A stretch of 49,515 bases of DNA from Nemertoderma westbladi. Its lineage: Eukaryota; Animalia; Xenacoelomorpha. The DNA lies in NCBI GenBank assembly GCA_032718475.1, contig JAUCBJ010001308.1:1-49515 (forward strand), given 5' to 3'. Both the position numbers and the translations under genes were made by a program. Of the stretch, positions 23,643-34,400 are shown in pieces. The notes under the pieces are model-generated. The model ran no database searches. It saw only the letters and a program-made list of their open reading frames with translations, and was not told the origin of the DNA. Every line of letters starts with the position of its first letter. Within the stretch, counting starts at the first letter, position 1.

Positions 23643-25144
23643 TGACCATTCTTAATTTTTTTGCAAAAAAAATTACTTTTATTTTTTCACTAAAATCGCT
23701 CTAACTTCGGTTCTGGTGGTCCAAATTCAATAAAATTGGTATATTCTTTGCCGTAATTTTTTTCTTAATCTTTAGAGAAGGGGTTATTTTTGGCCCCAAA
23801 AAAATTAAAAAAAGGGCCAAAATAACGCGATATTTTTCGACCCTTAAAATTCGTAATTTTAATTATATATGTTAAGATAAAAGATAGCGGAGTTAATTTG
23901 ATACTTTTTACAGGTACTTTTGGCGCAATACGCTAAATTATAATGGAATAGCGATTTGTTAAAAAAAAAAATTTTTCGTCCCTTTTTATAAATATTATAT
24001 TCCACACGATCGCCTGCCGCTCCAGTTGTATAATACCTCCGGCGCTGTGATTAACGCTGTTAGATAGATAATTTAACGCACTATAAGTCTGTGTAAACAA
24101 ATCTCCCGTAAGTTAAGTAGTTTTCGAGCTAGACGATTTCCCGAGAAGCAAGTTTGAAGCGCGAAATTATAATTTTGGCCCTCATTTTTTTAATATCATC
24201 CTTGGAGCAAAACCGATAGCATATTTGAATTCCCCGTATGGATATTGACTGTATAGAATGTACCTTAACCAACTAAAGTTAAAAATAAAAAATTATTCGA
24301 TAAAAACTACTTTACAAATTCTGGCCCTCTTTGGCCCCTATTGCCGACATATTTTTTGTACCCCCATTCGATAGGAACGTAGCCCCAATGGTCTTCTACG
24401 AGTTTCATAAAAGAATTAGTGGATTCCTACCCGCGTTGTCGAATTAAACATTTCGGAAATAAGTTTTCCAAAAAAGACGGACAAAAACGTACAAATTTAC
24501 AGCCCCTTTTTCCACCCGAAATTTTAATAAATATCTTACCCCCATTCGATACGAAGGTAGTACCACTCTTCCCCTTTCCAACCGCGTTACTTTCGTCCCC
24601 GTACGATTAATATTAGCCGAGTTATAGCGGATCCCGCAAAGTAATTTTGTCCGTTTTTTCAACTTTGACGGACATTTTCGGAAAAAAGGCGTGGTAATCT
24701 TTTTTGAAAAAAAAAACGAATTCACTAATTAATCCCTTCTATCGTATCCCGGCGTCGGCTAAGCAATAACCTAGGGTTTTTTCGAGCCACTGTAGAGCGC
24801 CTTTCAAAAAAAATTTAAAATTGTCGAAAAAATGACGGTTTTTTGTCCGCCGTGTCCGTCGAAGGGTTAGATTTAATAATGTTAGAGTTGCTAATATCTT
24901 AGAATTCCGAGCCGCTCCCCTGGTGAGAAAATAAAAAAATTTGGTCAGTTCCTTCATCGAAAAGTCCCCCAGAATCCCAAGTTAACCTATATAGTTAGCG
25001 ATGGCCTGCGGCTTTAGGAGCGGCCGCGGTATTCACCTCCCTCATAGCGGCCGCGGCGGTGTTGCGTCAAATGGAGAAATATTTATCCCACCAAGGGATA
25101 ATAATAATGATGATGTATTTTAGTCAAATAAGCGCCTATGACTG

Positions 25145-26772
25145 ATAATGTTACATAAATACAATAATGTTACATAAATACAATAATGTTACATAAATAC
25201 AATGTTACAGAAACACAATAATGTTACAGAAACACAATAATGTTACATAAATACAATAATGTTACATAAATACAATAATGTTACATAAATACAATGTTAC
25301 AGAAACACAATAATGTTACATAAATACAATAATGTTACATAAATACAATAATGTTACATAAATACAATAATGTTACATAAATACAATGTTACAGAAACAC
25401 AATAATGTTACAGAAACACAATAATGTTACATAAATACAATAATGTTACATAAATACAATAATGTTACATAAATACAATGTTACAGAAACACAATAATGT
25501 TACATAAATACAATAATGTTACATAAATACAATGATGTTACATAAATACAATAATGTTACATAAATACAATAATGTTACATAAACACAATGTTACATAAA
25601 TACAATAATGTTACATAAATACAATAATGTTACATAAATACAATAATGTTACATAAACACAATGTTACATAAATACAATAATGTTACATAAATACAATAA
25701 TGTTACATAAATACAATGTTACAGAAACACAATAATGTTACAGAAACACAATAATGTTACATAAATACAATAATGTTACATAAATACAATAATGTTACAT
25801 AAATACAATGTTACAGAAACACAATAATGTTACAGAAACACAATTATGTTACATAAATACAATAATGTTACATAAATACAATGATGTTACATAAATACAA
25901 TAATGTTACATAAATACAATGTTACAGAAACACAATAATGTTACAGAAACACAATAATGTTACATAAATACAATAATGTTACATAAATACAATAATGTTA
26001 CATAAATACAATGTTACAGAAACACAATAATGTTACAGAAACACAATTATGTTACTTAAATACAATAATGTTACATAAACACAATAATGTTACATAAACA
26101 CAATAATGTTACATAAATACAATAATGTTACATAAACACAATAATGTTACATAAATACAATAATGTTACATAAATACAATAATGTTACATAAACACAATA
26201 ATGTTACATAAATACAATAATGTTACATAAATACAATGATGTTACATAAATACAATAATGTTACATAAATACAATAATGTTACTTAAATACAATAATGTT
26301 ACATAAACACAATAATGTTACATAAATACAATAATGTTACTTAAATACAATAATGTTACATAAACACAATAATGTTACATAAATACAATAATGTTACATA
26401 AACACAATAATGTTACATAAATACAATAATGTTACATAAATACAATAATGTTACTTAAATACAATAATGTTACATAAATACAATGATGTTACATAAATAC
26501 AATAATGTTACATAAACACAATAATGTTACATAAATACAATAATGTTACATAAACACAATAATGTTACATAAATACAATAATGTTACATAAACACAATAA
26601 TGTTACATAAATACAATAATGTTAAAGAAACACAATAATGTTACATAAATACAATAATGTTACATAAATACAATAATGTTACTTAAATACAATAATGTTA
26701 CATAAACACAATAATGTTACATAAATACAATAATGTTACATAAACACAATAATGTTACATAAATACAATAAT
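25145..26772. repeat. 19-bp satellite (AATAATGTTACATAAATAC), left segment
   Basis: About 85-90 units, with variants (CAGAAACAC, CATAAACAC, CTTAAATAC, ATGATG) and 16-bp deletion units. Confidence 0.98.
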
Positions 26773-26878
26773 GAGTCATTCCATTTATAATCAACCAGAA
26801 AATTGTCAAAATGACACCAAGGTCTCCCGTTCAGACTCATATTTTGCATGCATATGAAACCAATATATAGAGAATACT

Positions 26879-27488
26879 ATGCAAAATTTGGGCTCATTTG
26901 GTTCAGTGGTTCATGAGTTATTGCAATTTGAAAATTGTCTCTCTATGCGGCATGCGCACCGATTTGCGGCACCTCGACGTAGTATTTTTTTTGAAATTTT
27001 AGATAATATTTGTGAAAAACTACCCAACAAAATGTTTATTGGGGTTTTCGATCATGTAGATCCCGAATTTCGGGTTAAAAATAGTAAATTCCAATGCCTT
27101 GTTTGGTTTTCAGGAAGATAAATTTCTTTCGCGATAGGGAATTTTCAGTCAAAAAATTCATGATGTTGGTCAACTTTATTTTATTTAGGACCAAGTTAGT
27201 TCAAAAGTACCATAAATGTGTAGTAGATAGCAAAAGGATTCATTTCCGCCCCGTTTTCCAAACTTGTGCTACATCAATTTGAAAATTTGAATATTCGCGA
27301 CATGTCGCGAAAGTTCGCGACATGTCACGAAAGTTCTCGAAAGTTCACGACATGTCACGAAACCTTGTGCTCTAAGCTAAAAAAGCTGAAGTGACACTAC
27401 ATTTGGCAGATAGGCCAGGCCTACTTCATAACAGTTTTGCATGTTTACATCACTTCTAGGTAAGTACTGCTCTACTATTGATTAGTTT
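26879..27488 (+). repeat. Left inner long inverted repeat of the Sola element
   Basis: Reverse-complement match with scattered substitutions and indels to 30757-31308, e.g. ATGCAAAATTTG.GCTCAT...GTTCAGTGGTTCATGAGTTATTGCAATTTGAAAATTG. Confidence 0.92.
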
Positions 27489-27710
27489 TAATAATTTAAT
27501 GTGATTAAAATAATATCATGTCGTAACTTTTTTTGATCACAAGAAAATGACAAATTCGAATCCGAAAAGATTTTTGAAAACTGATCACCCCTTCAAAAGT
27601 TATACCACTTTTAGGTTTTTTAGATAAAATGTACTTGTAAACAAGGCAGTCACTGCTTAAACGTTGGCCCGAGTAGCTTGAAAGAGCAGCCTTGGAATTC
27701 CTTGCACCTT

Positions 27711-27795
27711 ATTGGCTGATCTTACTTTGGAGACATCTCATTGGCCAGAGTTGTTTCTGCTGGTTATAAAAGCTAGTGCATAAGCTCATTCCACT
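27711..27795 (+). promoter_or_regulatory. Putative transposase promoter: two inverted CCAAT boxes plus TATA box
   Basis: ATTGGC at 27711 and 27740, TATAAAAG at 27765-27772, Inr-like TCATTCCACTT at 27786-27796; about 270-300 bp upstream of the ATG at 28067. Confidence 0.5.
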
Positions 27796-28066
27796 TGCCT
27801 TTTTGAGCTTAATCAAAGCTGTCAAATCTCCTTTTGTGTATTGAATTGTTTTCTTATCTTTTTATATAATAATAAAGTGCGCAAATTTTAGCAAGTTTGT
27901 TTTATCCTATTTTTTATTTCCTTTATCATAGACTATCAACTAGCCAAAACAGTCCTTATTAGGACTACCAGTAAATTAGAACTATTTTTTTTGTGAATTT
28001 TAACTGTATTTTGTTTTAATTAATTGTTATTTCTTTTAATTCACTGTTGATTGAGTTCTGTGAGTA

Positions 28067-28395
28067 ATGTCTGTATTAAATTGTTGCAATCTCGCAACAT
28101 TACTTAATGATGAAGGTGCCTGTCACAAGACAACATATAACAGGTCAAAAGCTCTTAAAAACGTGACAGAGTTGTCAGATCATAACCTGCAACTTCTAAA
28201 GTGGCGAACCGGGTTTAAAGATATACAGCTAGACTGCGATTTTAATATTTGCTTACATCATGAGTATATATTCCCATTTATAGTCCCATTTATGAAAGAC
28301 AATTTAAGAAATGTTGCAACGTTTTTCAGAAGGAAAACCACGCACCTAAAGGTGATCGTGTTATTTCAATAGCAAATGCAATCCAATTTCAAAGT
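28067..28395 (+). pseudogene. Frameshifted N-terminus of the transposase (Cys/His domain resembling the ARL14EP N-terminal half)
   Basis: Frame of 28067 gives CHKTTY...LLKWRTG...ICLHHEYIF. The frame of 28396 is open from 28264 and gives SPIYERQFKKCCNVF...RVISIANA. Removing CCCATTTA (28273-28280) fuses the two. Confidence 0.8.
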
Positions 28396-30693
28396 ATGGG
28401 GTTCTCTGTAATTCCTGGATGGAAACTATGCCATCGCTGCTTAACTGAATTAAATAAACGTAACATTGAGACTGAACATGAACTGATCGAAAATGTAGAG
28501 CTTAGTGATACTGATAGTGTTTCTGCACACTCTACAGATTCAGAGATAGGTGCAATTCAAAGAAGTGAAGCTAAAGAAATTGCTCGAAAGAATCTGGATA
28601 CAATGTTGGTTGATAGTGGTTTGACACCTATTAAGCTCCATGGGAAACGAATCATGCCCTATTCTAAAGATAAATTTGAACGCACCGTCAAGTCTTTGAG
28701 GCATTCGTTTGGAGATGCCCTTGATATCCCAAGCACTAGTTTTAGTCAAGGTGCAGTCAGTTACAGTGTTTCAGATACAGAAGTAAAAAACCTTCAAAGG
28801 GATTCTAATGATTTGAATACTTTAATGGGTGAAATAAAACTGAAAATTAATCAACCAGGTACTAAGTCTTCTGAAAAAATTAAGATGTTAACTTTGGTTC
28901 CTTCCTCCTGGTCTCAAACTCATACTGTTGATTTCTTCAATGTATCTGCTCATCAGGTTAAACAAGCTCGAAAGCTGCATGTTGAATCAGGCATACTTTC
29001 AGTCCCCCAATACAAACTTAGAAATGTAATATCACAAAATTCAAAAGATACAGTAATTGAATTTTATCAGGATGACAGGTTCTCTCGTATTTTACCAGGA
29101 GTAAAGGATGTTGTTAGTATTAGAAGGGGTGAACAATATGAGCAGAAAAGACTCATTTTAAACACCCTCAAGGAGTTATTTGTTGAGTTTAAGAATCAAA
29201 ACCCCCACACCAAAGTTGGGTTTTCAAGTTTCTGCTCTCTGCGTCCTAAGTGGTGTGTACTGCCAGGTGCTTCAGGAACACATTCTGTGTGTGTGTGTAC
29301 CTACCACCAAAATGCCAAGCTTTTGGCATCAAAGACTAATCTCACATATAAGGAAATGATTGCAATGACTGTATGTGATACAAATAATAAAGAATGTATG
29401 CTTCAAAGATGTCAGGTTTGCCCTGGGATTGAACAACTTGTATCACATTTAAGAACTGAATTTAGTGACAACCTTGATGATCAGATAATTTTTCAACAAT
29501 GGCAGACAACTGATCGATCTACACTAATATCACAAGCCACAACAATTAATGAATACATTGATATCGTTTCACAGTCAATAAAGAAACTAACACCACATTC
29601 TTTCCTTGCAAAATCGCAATCACAATATCTTCGCAAATTAAAGAGCGAGATCAAACCCAGCTATGTAATAGCTATTGGGGATTTCTCAGAGAATTATACA
29701 TTCGTCATTCAGGACGAAATACAAAGCTACCACTGGTCGCAAATGTATTGCACCTTACATCCATTCGTGTTATACTTCTACAAAGAAGGTGCTGACAATC
29801 ATTTAGGCTCTACTTCACTTTGCTACCTATCAGAAGATTCTGATCACGATACAAGTTTTGTTTACAAGATGCAGGAGCATCTTTGTTCATATATAAGGGA
29901 AGAATTTCCCCTTGTTAGCCACATACATTATTATTCTGATGGCTGTGGAGGCCAATACAAAAATTGCAAAAATTTTCTCAACCTAACTTTACATAAACAT
30001 GACTTTAAGATAGCTGCATCTTGGAACTTTTTTGCAACCAGCCATGGCAAGTCTGCATGTGATGGAATTGGAGGTACTGTAAAGCGACTTGCTGCTTCGG
30101 AAAGTCTTCGTAGACCACTTTCCAATCAGATTCTTACAGTTGCTGATCTTTTCAAATTTTGCACAGATTCAATTACTGGTATAAAGTTTTACACCATTTC
30201 GAAAGAAGAATTGAAGACTACACGAGAAAAATTGAAAGAGCGATATGAGTTGGCCACAACTGTACCAGGTACACTCAGTTTTCACCAGTTTGTTCCATTA
30301 GAGGATCAGCATCTAGCAATAGCTTATAAAAGATGCAGTGAAGATGAAAGTTTTACAAATTCCTATAATTTTTCTAAAAAATATTCATATAATATGAATT
30401 ATCAAGCGAATGATTACGTGGCTGGTAAATATGACGATTTGTGGTGGGTGGGTCTTGTTAAAAATGTGAACGATGTTGAATTGGAAGCATCGGTAACATT
30501 CATGCACCCAAGCGGACCTTCAAAGAGCTTCTTTTGGCCTCGTAGAATTGATGAGTGCCTTATTCCATTGAATGACATGATCTGCAGGATAGATGTTCCT
30601 TCGGCATCTTCAATATCAGGGCGATCCTACTCTCTGTCAAAACAAGATGAAACTAATGTCATAGAAAGGTTTCAAAAGATGTTAAGAAAATAG
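28396..30693 (+). CDS. Sola2-type DDD transposase (765-aa open portion; ~872 aa if the frameshift is repaired)
   Basis: Candidate catalytic motifs GDFSENY (D429 of this ORF), YYSDGCGGQYKN (D515), HGKSACDGIGG (D556). Also FSSFCSLRPKW, Cys cluster CVCTYHQN...C-x5-C-x4-C-x2-C, EIQSYHW, and a C-terminal Tudor/SH3-like segment. Located between TIRs. Confidence 0.88.
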   Translation: MGFSVIPGWKLCHRCLTELNKRNIETEHELIENVELSDTDSVSAHSTDSEIGAIQRSEAKEIARKNLDTMLVDSGLTPIKLHGKRIMPYSKDKFERTVKSLRHSFGDALDIPSTSFSQGAVSYSVSDTEVKNLQRDSNDLNTLMGEIKLKINQPGTKSSEKIKMLTLVPSSWSQTHTVDFFNVSAHQVKQARKLHVESGILSVPQYKLRNVISQNSKDTVIEFYQDDRFSRILPGVKDVVSIRRGEQYEQKRLILNTLKELFVEFKNQNPHTKVGFSSFCSLRPKWCVLPGASGTHSVCVCTYHQNAKLLASKTNLTYKEMIAMTVCDTNNKECMLQRCQVCPGIEQLVSHLRTEFSDNLDDQIIFQQWQTTDRSTLISQATTINEYIDIVSQSIKKLTPHSFLAKSQSQYLRKLKSEIKPSYVIAIGDFSENYTFVIQDEIQSYHWSQMYCTLHPFVLYFYKEGADNHLGSTSLCYLSEDSDHDTSFVYKMQEHLCSYIREEFPLVSHIHYYSDGCGGQYKNCKNFLNLTLHKHDFKIAASWNFFATSHGKSACDGIGGTVKRLAASESLRRPLSNQILTVADLFKFCTDSITGIKFYTISKEELKTTREKLKERYELATTVPGTLSFHQFVPLEDQHLAIAYKRCSEDESFTNSYNFSKKYSYNMNYQANDYVAGKYDDLWWVGLVKNVNDVELEASVTFMHPSGPSKSFFWPRRIDECLIPLNDMICRIDVPSASSISGRSYSLSKQDETNVIERFQKMLRK

Positions 30694-30756
30694 GAAAGAA
30701 AATTACATGGACGGTGAATTTTAGTCTTCATGACATGTCACGAATATACAAATTTT

Positions 30757-31308
30757 AAAACTTCTCAATAGTAGAGCAGTACTTAGCTAGAAGTGATGTA
30801 ATCATGCAAAACTGTTATGAAGTAGGCCTATCAGCCAAATGTCACTTCAGCTTTTTTAGCGTAGAGCATGAGCTTTCGCGACATGTCGCGATGTCGCGAA
30901 TATTCAAATTGATGTAGCACAAGTTTGGAAAACGGGGCGGGGATGAATCCTTTTGCTATCTATTACACATTGATGGTATTTTTAAACTAACTTGGTCCCA
31001 AAGAAAATAAAGTTAACCAACATCATGAATTTTTTGACTGAAAATACCCTATAGCGAATGAAATTTATCTTGCTGAAAACCAAACAAGGCATTGGAATTT
31101 ACTATTTTTAACCCAAAATTCGGGATCTACATGGTCGAAAACCCCCCATAAACATTTTGTTGGGTAGTTTTTCAAAAATGTTATCTAAAATTAAAAAAAA
31201 AGTACTATGTCGAGGAGCCGCAAATCGGTGCGCATGCCGCATAGAGAGCCAATTTTCAAATTGCAATAACTCATGAACCACTGAACTTCATGAGCTCAAA
31301 TTTTGCAT
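30757..31308 (-). repeat. Right inner long inverted repeat of the Sola element
   Basis: Reverse complement of 26879-27488, with fewer copies of the CGACATGTCG palindrome. Confidence 0.92.
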
Positions 31309-31404
31309 GGTACCATCGTTTACCAATCCCTTCGATCCCTCAAAAAATTGAATCAATCTGAGGACATGGGTTCACCACCTGGTTGATTATAAATGGAATG
31401 ACTC

Positions 31405-34400
31405 TAATGTTACATAAATACAATAATGTTACTTAAATACAATAATGTTACATAAACACAATAATGTTACATAAATACAATAATGTTACATAAATACAAT
31501 GATGTTACATAAATACAATAATGTTACATAAATACAATAATGTTACTTAAATACAATAATGTTACATAAACACAATAATGTTACATAAATACAATAATGT
31601 TACATAAACACAATAATGTTACATAAATACAATAATGTTACATAAATACAATAATGTTACATAAATACAATAATGTTACATAAATACAATAATGTTACAT
31701 AAATACAATAATGTTACATAAATACAATAATGTTACATAAATACAATAATGTTACATAAATACAATAATGTTACATAAATACAATAATGTTACATAAATA
31801 CAATAATGTTACATAAATACAATAATGTTACATAAACACAATGTTACATAAATACAATAATGTTACATAAATACAATAATGTTACATAAATACAATGTTA
31901 CAGAAACACAATAATGTTACATAAATACAATAATGTTACATAAATACAATGATGTTACAGAAACACAATAATGTTACATAAATTCAATAATGTTACAGAA
32001 ACACAATAATGTTACATAAATACAATAATGTTACATAAATACAATAATGTTACATAAATACAATAATGTTACAGAAACACAATAATGTTACATAAATTCA
32101 ATAATGTTACAGAAACACAATAATGTTACATAAATACAATAATGTTACATAAATACAATAATGTTAAAGAAACACAATAATGTTACATAAATACAATAAT
32201 GTTACATAAATACAATAATGTTACATAAATACAATAATGTTACATAAATACAATAATGTTACATAAATACAATAATGTTACATAAATACAATAATGTTAC
32301 ATAAATACAATAATGTTACAGAAACACAATAATGTTACATAAATTCAATAATGTTACAGAAACACAATAATGTTACATAAATACAATAATGTTACATAAA
32401 TACAATAATGTTAAAGAAACACAATAATGTTACATAAATACAATAATGTTACATAAATACAATAATGTTACATAAATACAATAATGTTACTTAAATACAA
32501 TAATGTTACAGAAACACAATAATGTTACAGAAACACAATAATGTTACATAAATACAATAATGTTACATAAATACAATAATGTTACTTAAATACAATAATG
32601 TTACAGAAACACAATAATGTTACAGAAACACAATAATGTTACATAAATACAATAATGTTACATAAATACAATAATGTTACATAAATACAATAATGTTACA
32701 TAAATACAATAATGTTACATAAATACAATAATGTTACATAAATACAATAATGTTACATAAATACAATAATGTTACATAAACACAATGTTACATAAATACA
32801 ATAATGTTACATAAATACAATAATGTTACATAAATACAATGTTACAGAAACACAATAATGTTACATAAATACAATAATGTTACATAAATACAATGATGTT
32901 ACAGAAACACAATAATGTTACATAAATTCAATAATGTTACAGAAACACAATAATGTTACATAAATACAATAATGTTACATAAATACAATAATGTTACATA
33001 AATACAATAATGTTACATAAATACAATAATGTTACATAAATACAATAATGTTACATAAACACAATGTTACATAAATACAATAATGTTACATAAATACAAT
33101 AATGTTACATAAATACAATGTTACAGAAACACAATAATGTTACATAAATACAATAATGTTACATAAATACAATAATGTTACATAAATACAATAATGTTAC
33201 ATAAATACAATAATGTTACATAAATACAATAATGTTACATAAATACAATAATGTTACATAAATACAATAATGTTACATAAATACAATAATGTTACATAAA
33301 CACAATGTTACATAAATACAATAATGTTACATAAATACAATAATGTTACATAAATACAATGTTACAGAAACACAATAATGTTACATAAATACAATAATGT
33401 TACATAAATACAATAATGTTAAAGAAACACAATAATGTTACATAAATACAATAATGTTACAGAAACACAATAATGTTACAGAAACACAATAATGTTACAT
33501 AAATACAATAATGTTACATAAATACAATAATGTTACAGAAACACAATAATGTTACAGAAACACAATAATGTTACATAAATACAATGTTACAGAAACACAA
33601 TAATGTTACATAAATACAATAATGTTACATAAATACAATAATGTTAAAGAAACACAATAATGTTACATAAATACAATAATGTTACAGAAACACAATAATG
33701 TTACAGAAACACAATAATGTTACATAAATACAATAATGTTACATAAATACAATAATGTTACAGAAACACAATAATGTTACAGAAACACAATAATGTTACA
33801 TAAATACAATGTTACAGAAACACAATAATGTTACATAAATACAATAATGTTACATAAATACAATAATGTTAAAGAAACACAATAATGTTACATAAATACA
33901 ATAATGTTACAGAAACACAATAATGTTACAGAAACACAATAATGTTACATAAATACAATAATGTTACATAAATACAATAATGTTACAGAAACACAATAAT
34001 GTTACAGAAACACAATAATGTTACATAAATACTAATGTTACAGAAACACAATAATGTTACATAAATACAATAATGTTACATAAATACAATAATGTTAAAG
34101 AAACACAATAATGTTACATAAATACAATAATGTTACAGAAACACAATAATGTTACAGAAACACAATAATGTTACATAAATACAATAATGTTACATAAATA
34201 CAATAATGTTACAGAAACACAATAATGTTACAGAAACACAATAATGTTACATAAATACAATAATGTTACATAAATACAATAATGTTACATAAACACAATA
34301 ATGTTACATAAATACAATAATGTTACATAAACACAATAATGTTACATAAATACAATAATGTTACATAAATACAATAATGTTACAGAAACACAATAATGTT

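Larger units (their letters stand above)
26773..31404 (+). mobile_element. Full-length Sola2-type DNA transposon (4632 bp)
   Basis: 5'-GAG...CTC-3' termini. 4-bp TSD TAAT (26769-26772 and 31405-31408). Perfect 26-bp outer TIR GAGTCATTCCATTTATAATCAACCAG and ~550-610-bp inner inverted repeats. Internal DDD transposase. Confidence 0.9.

Noticed and set aside
21424-24957. Short ORFs at 21424, 22635, 23069, 24419, 24444 and 24739 as ACBD3 GOLD exons
   Set aside because: No resemblance to a GOLD domain; low-complexity K/F/N-rich translations of AT-rich intron.
26879-27282. ORFs inside the left TIR
   Set aside because: Short, no motifs, and lie in inverted-repeat DNA.
27294-27362. p53 response elements (CATG cores)
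   Set aside because: Flanks CGA/TCG do not fit RRRCWWGYYY and the half-sites are not adjacent.
28273-28292. hAT excision footprint (8-bp repeat, 4 bp, 8-bp repeat)
   Set aside because: Removing 12 bp does not restore the frame, whereas removing 8 bp does.
28067-28372. Independent 101-aa accessory gene in the transposon
   Set aside because: Better explained as the frameshifted transposase N-terminus; the conserved-looking motifs continue in the 28396 frame.
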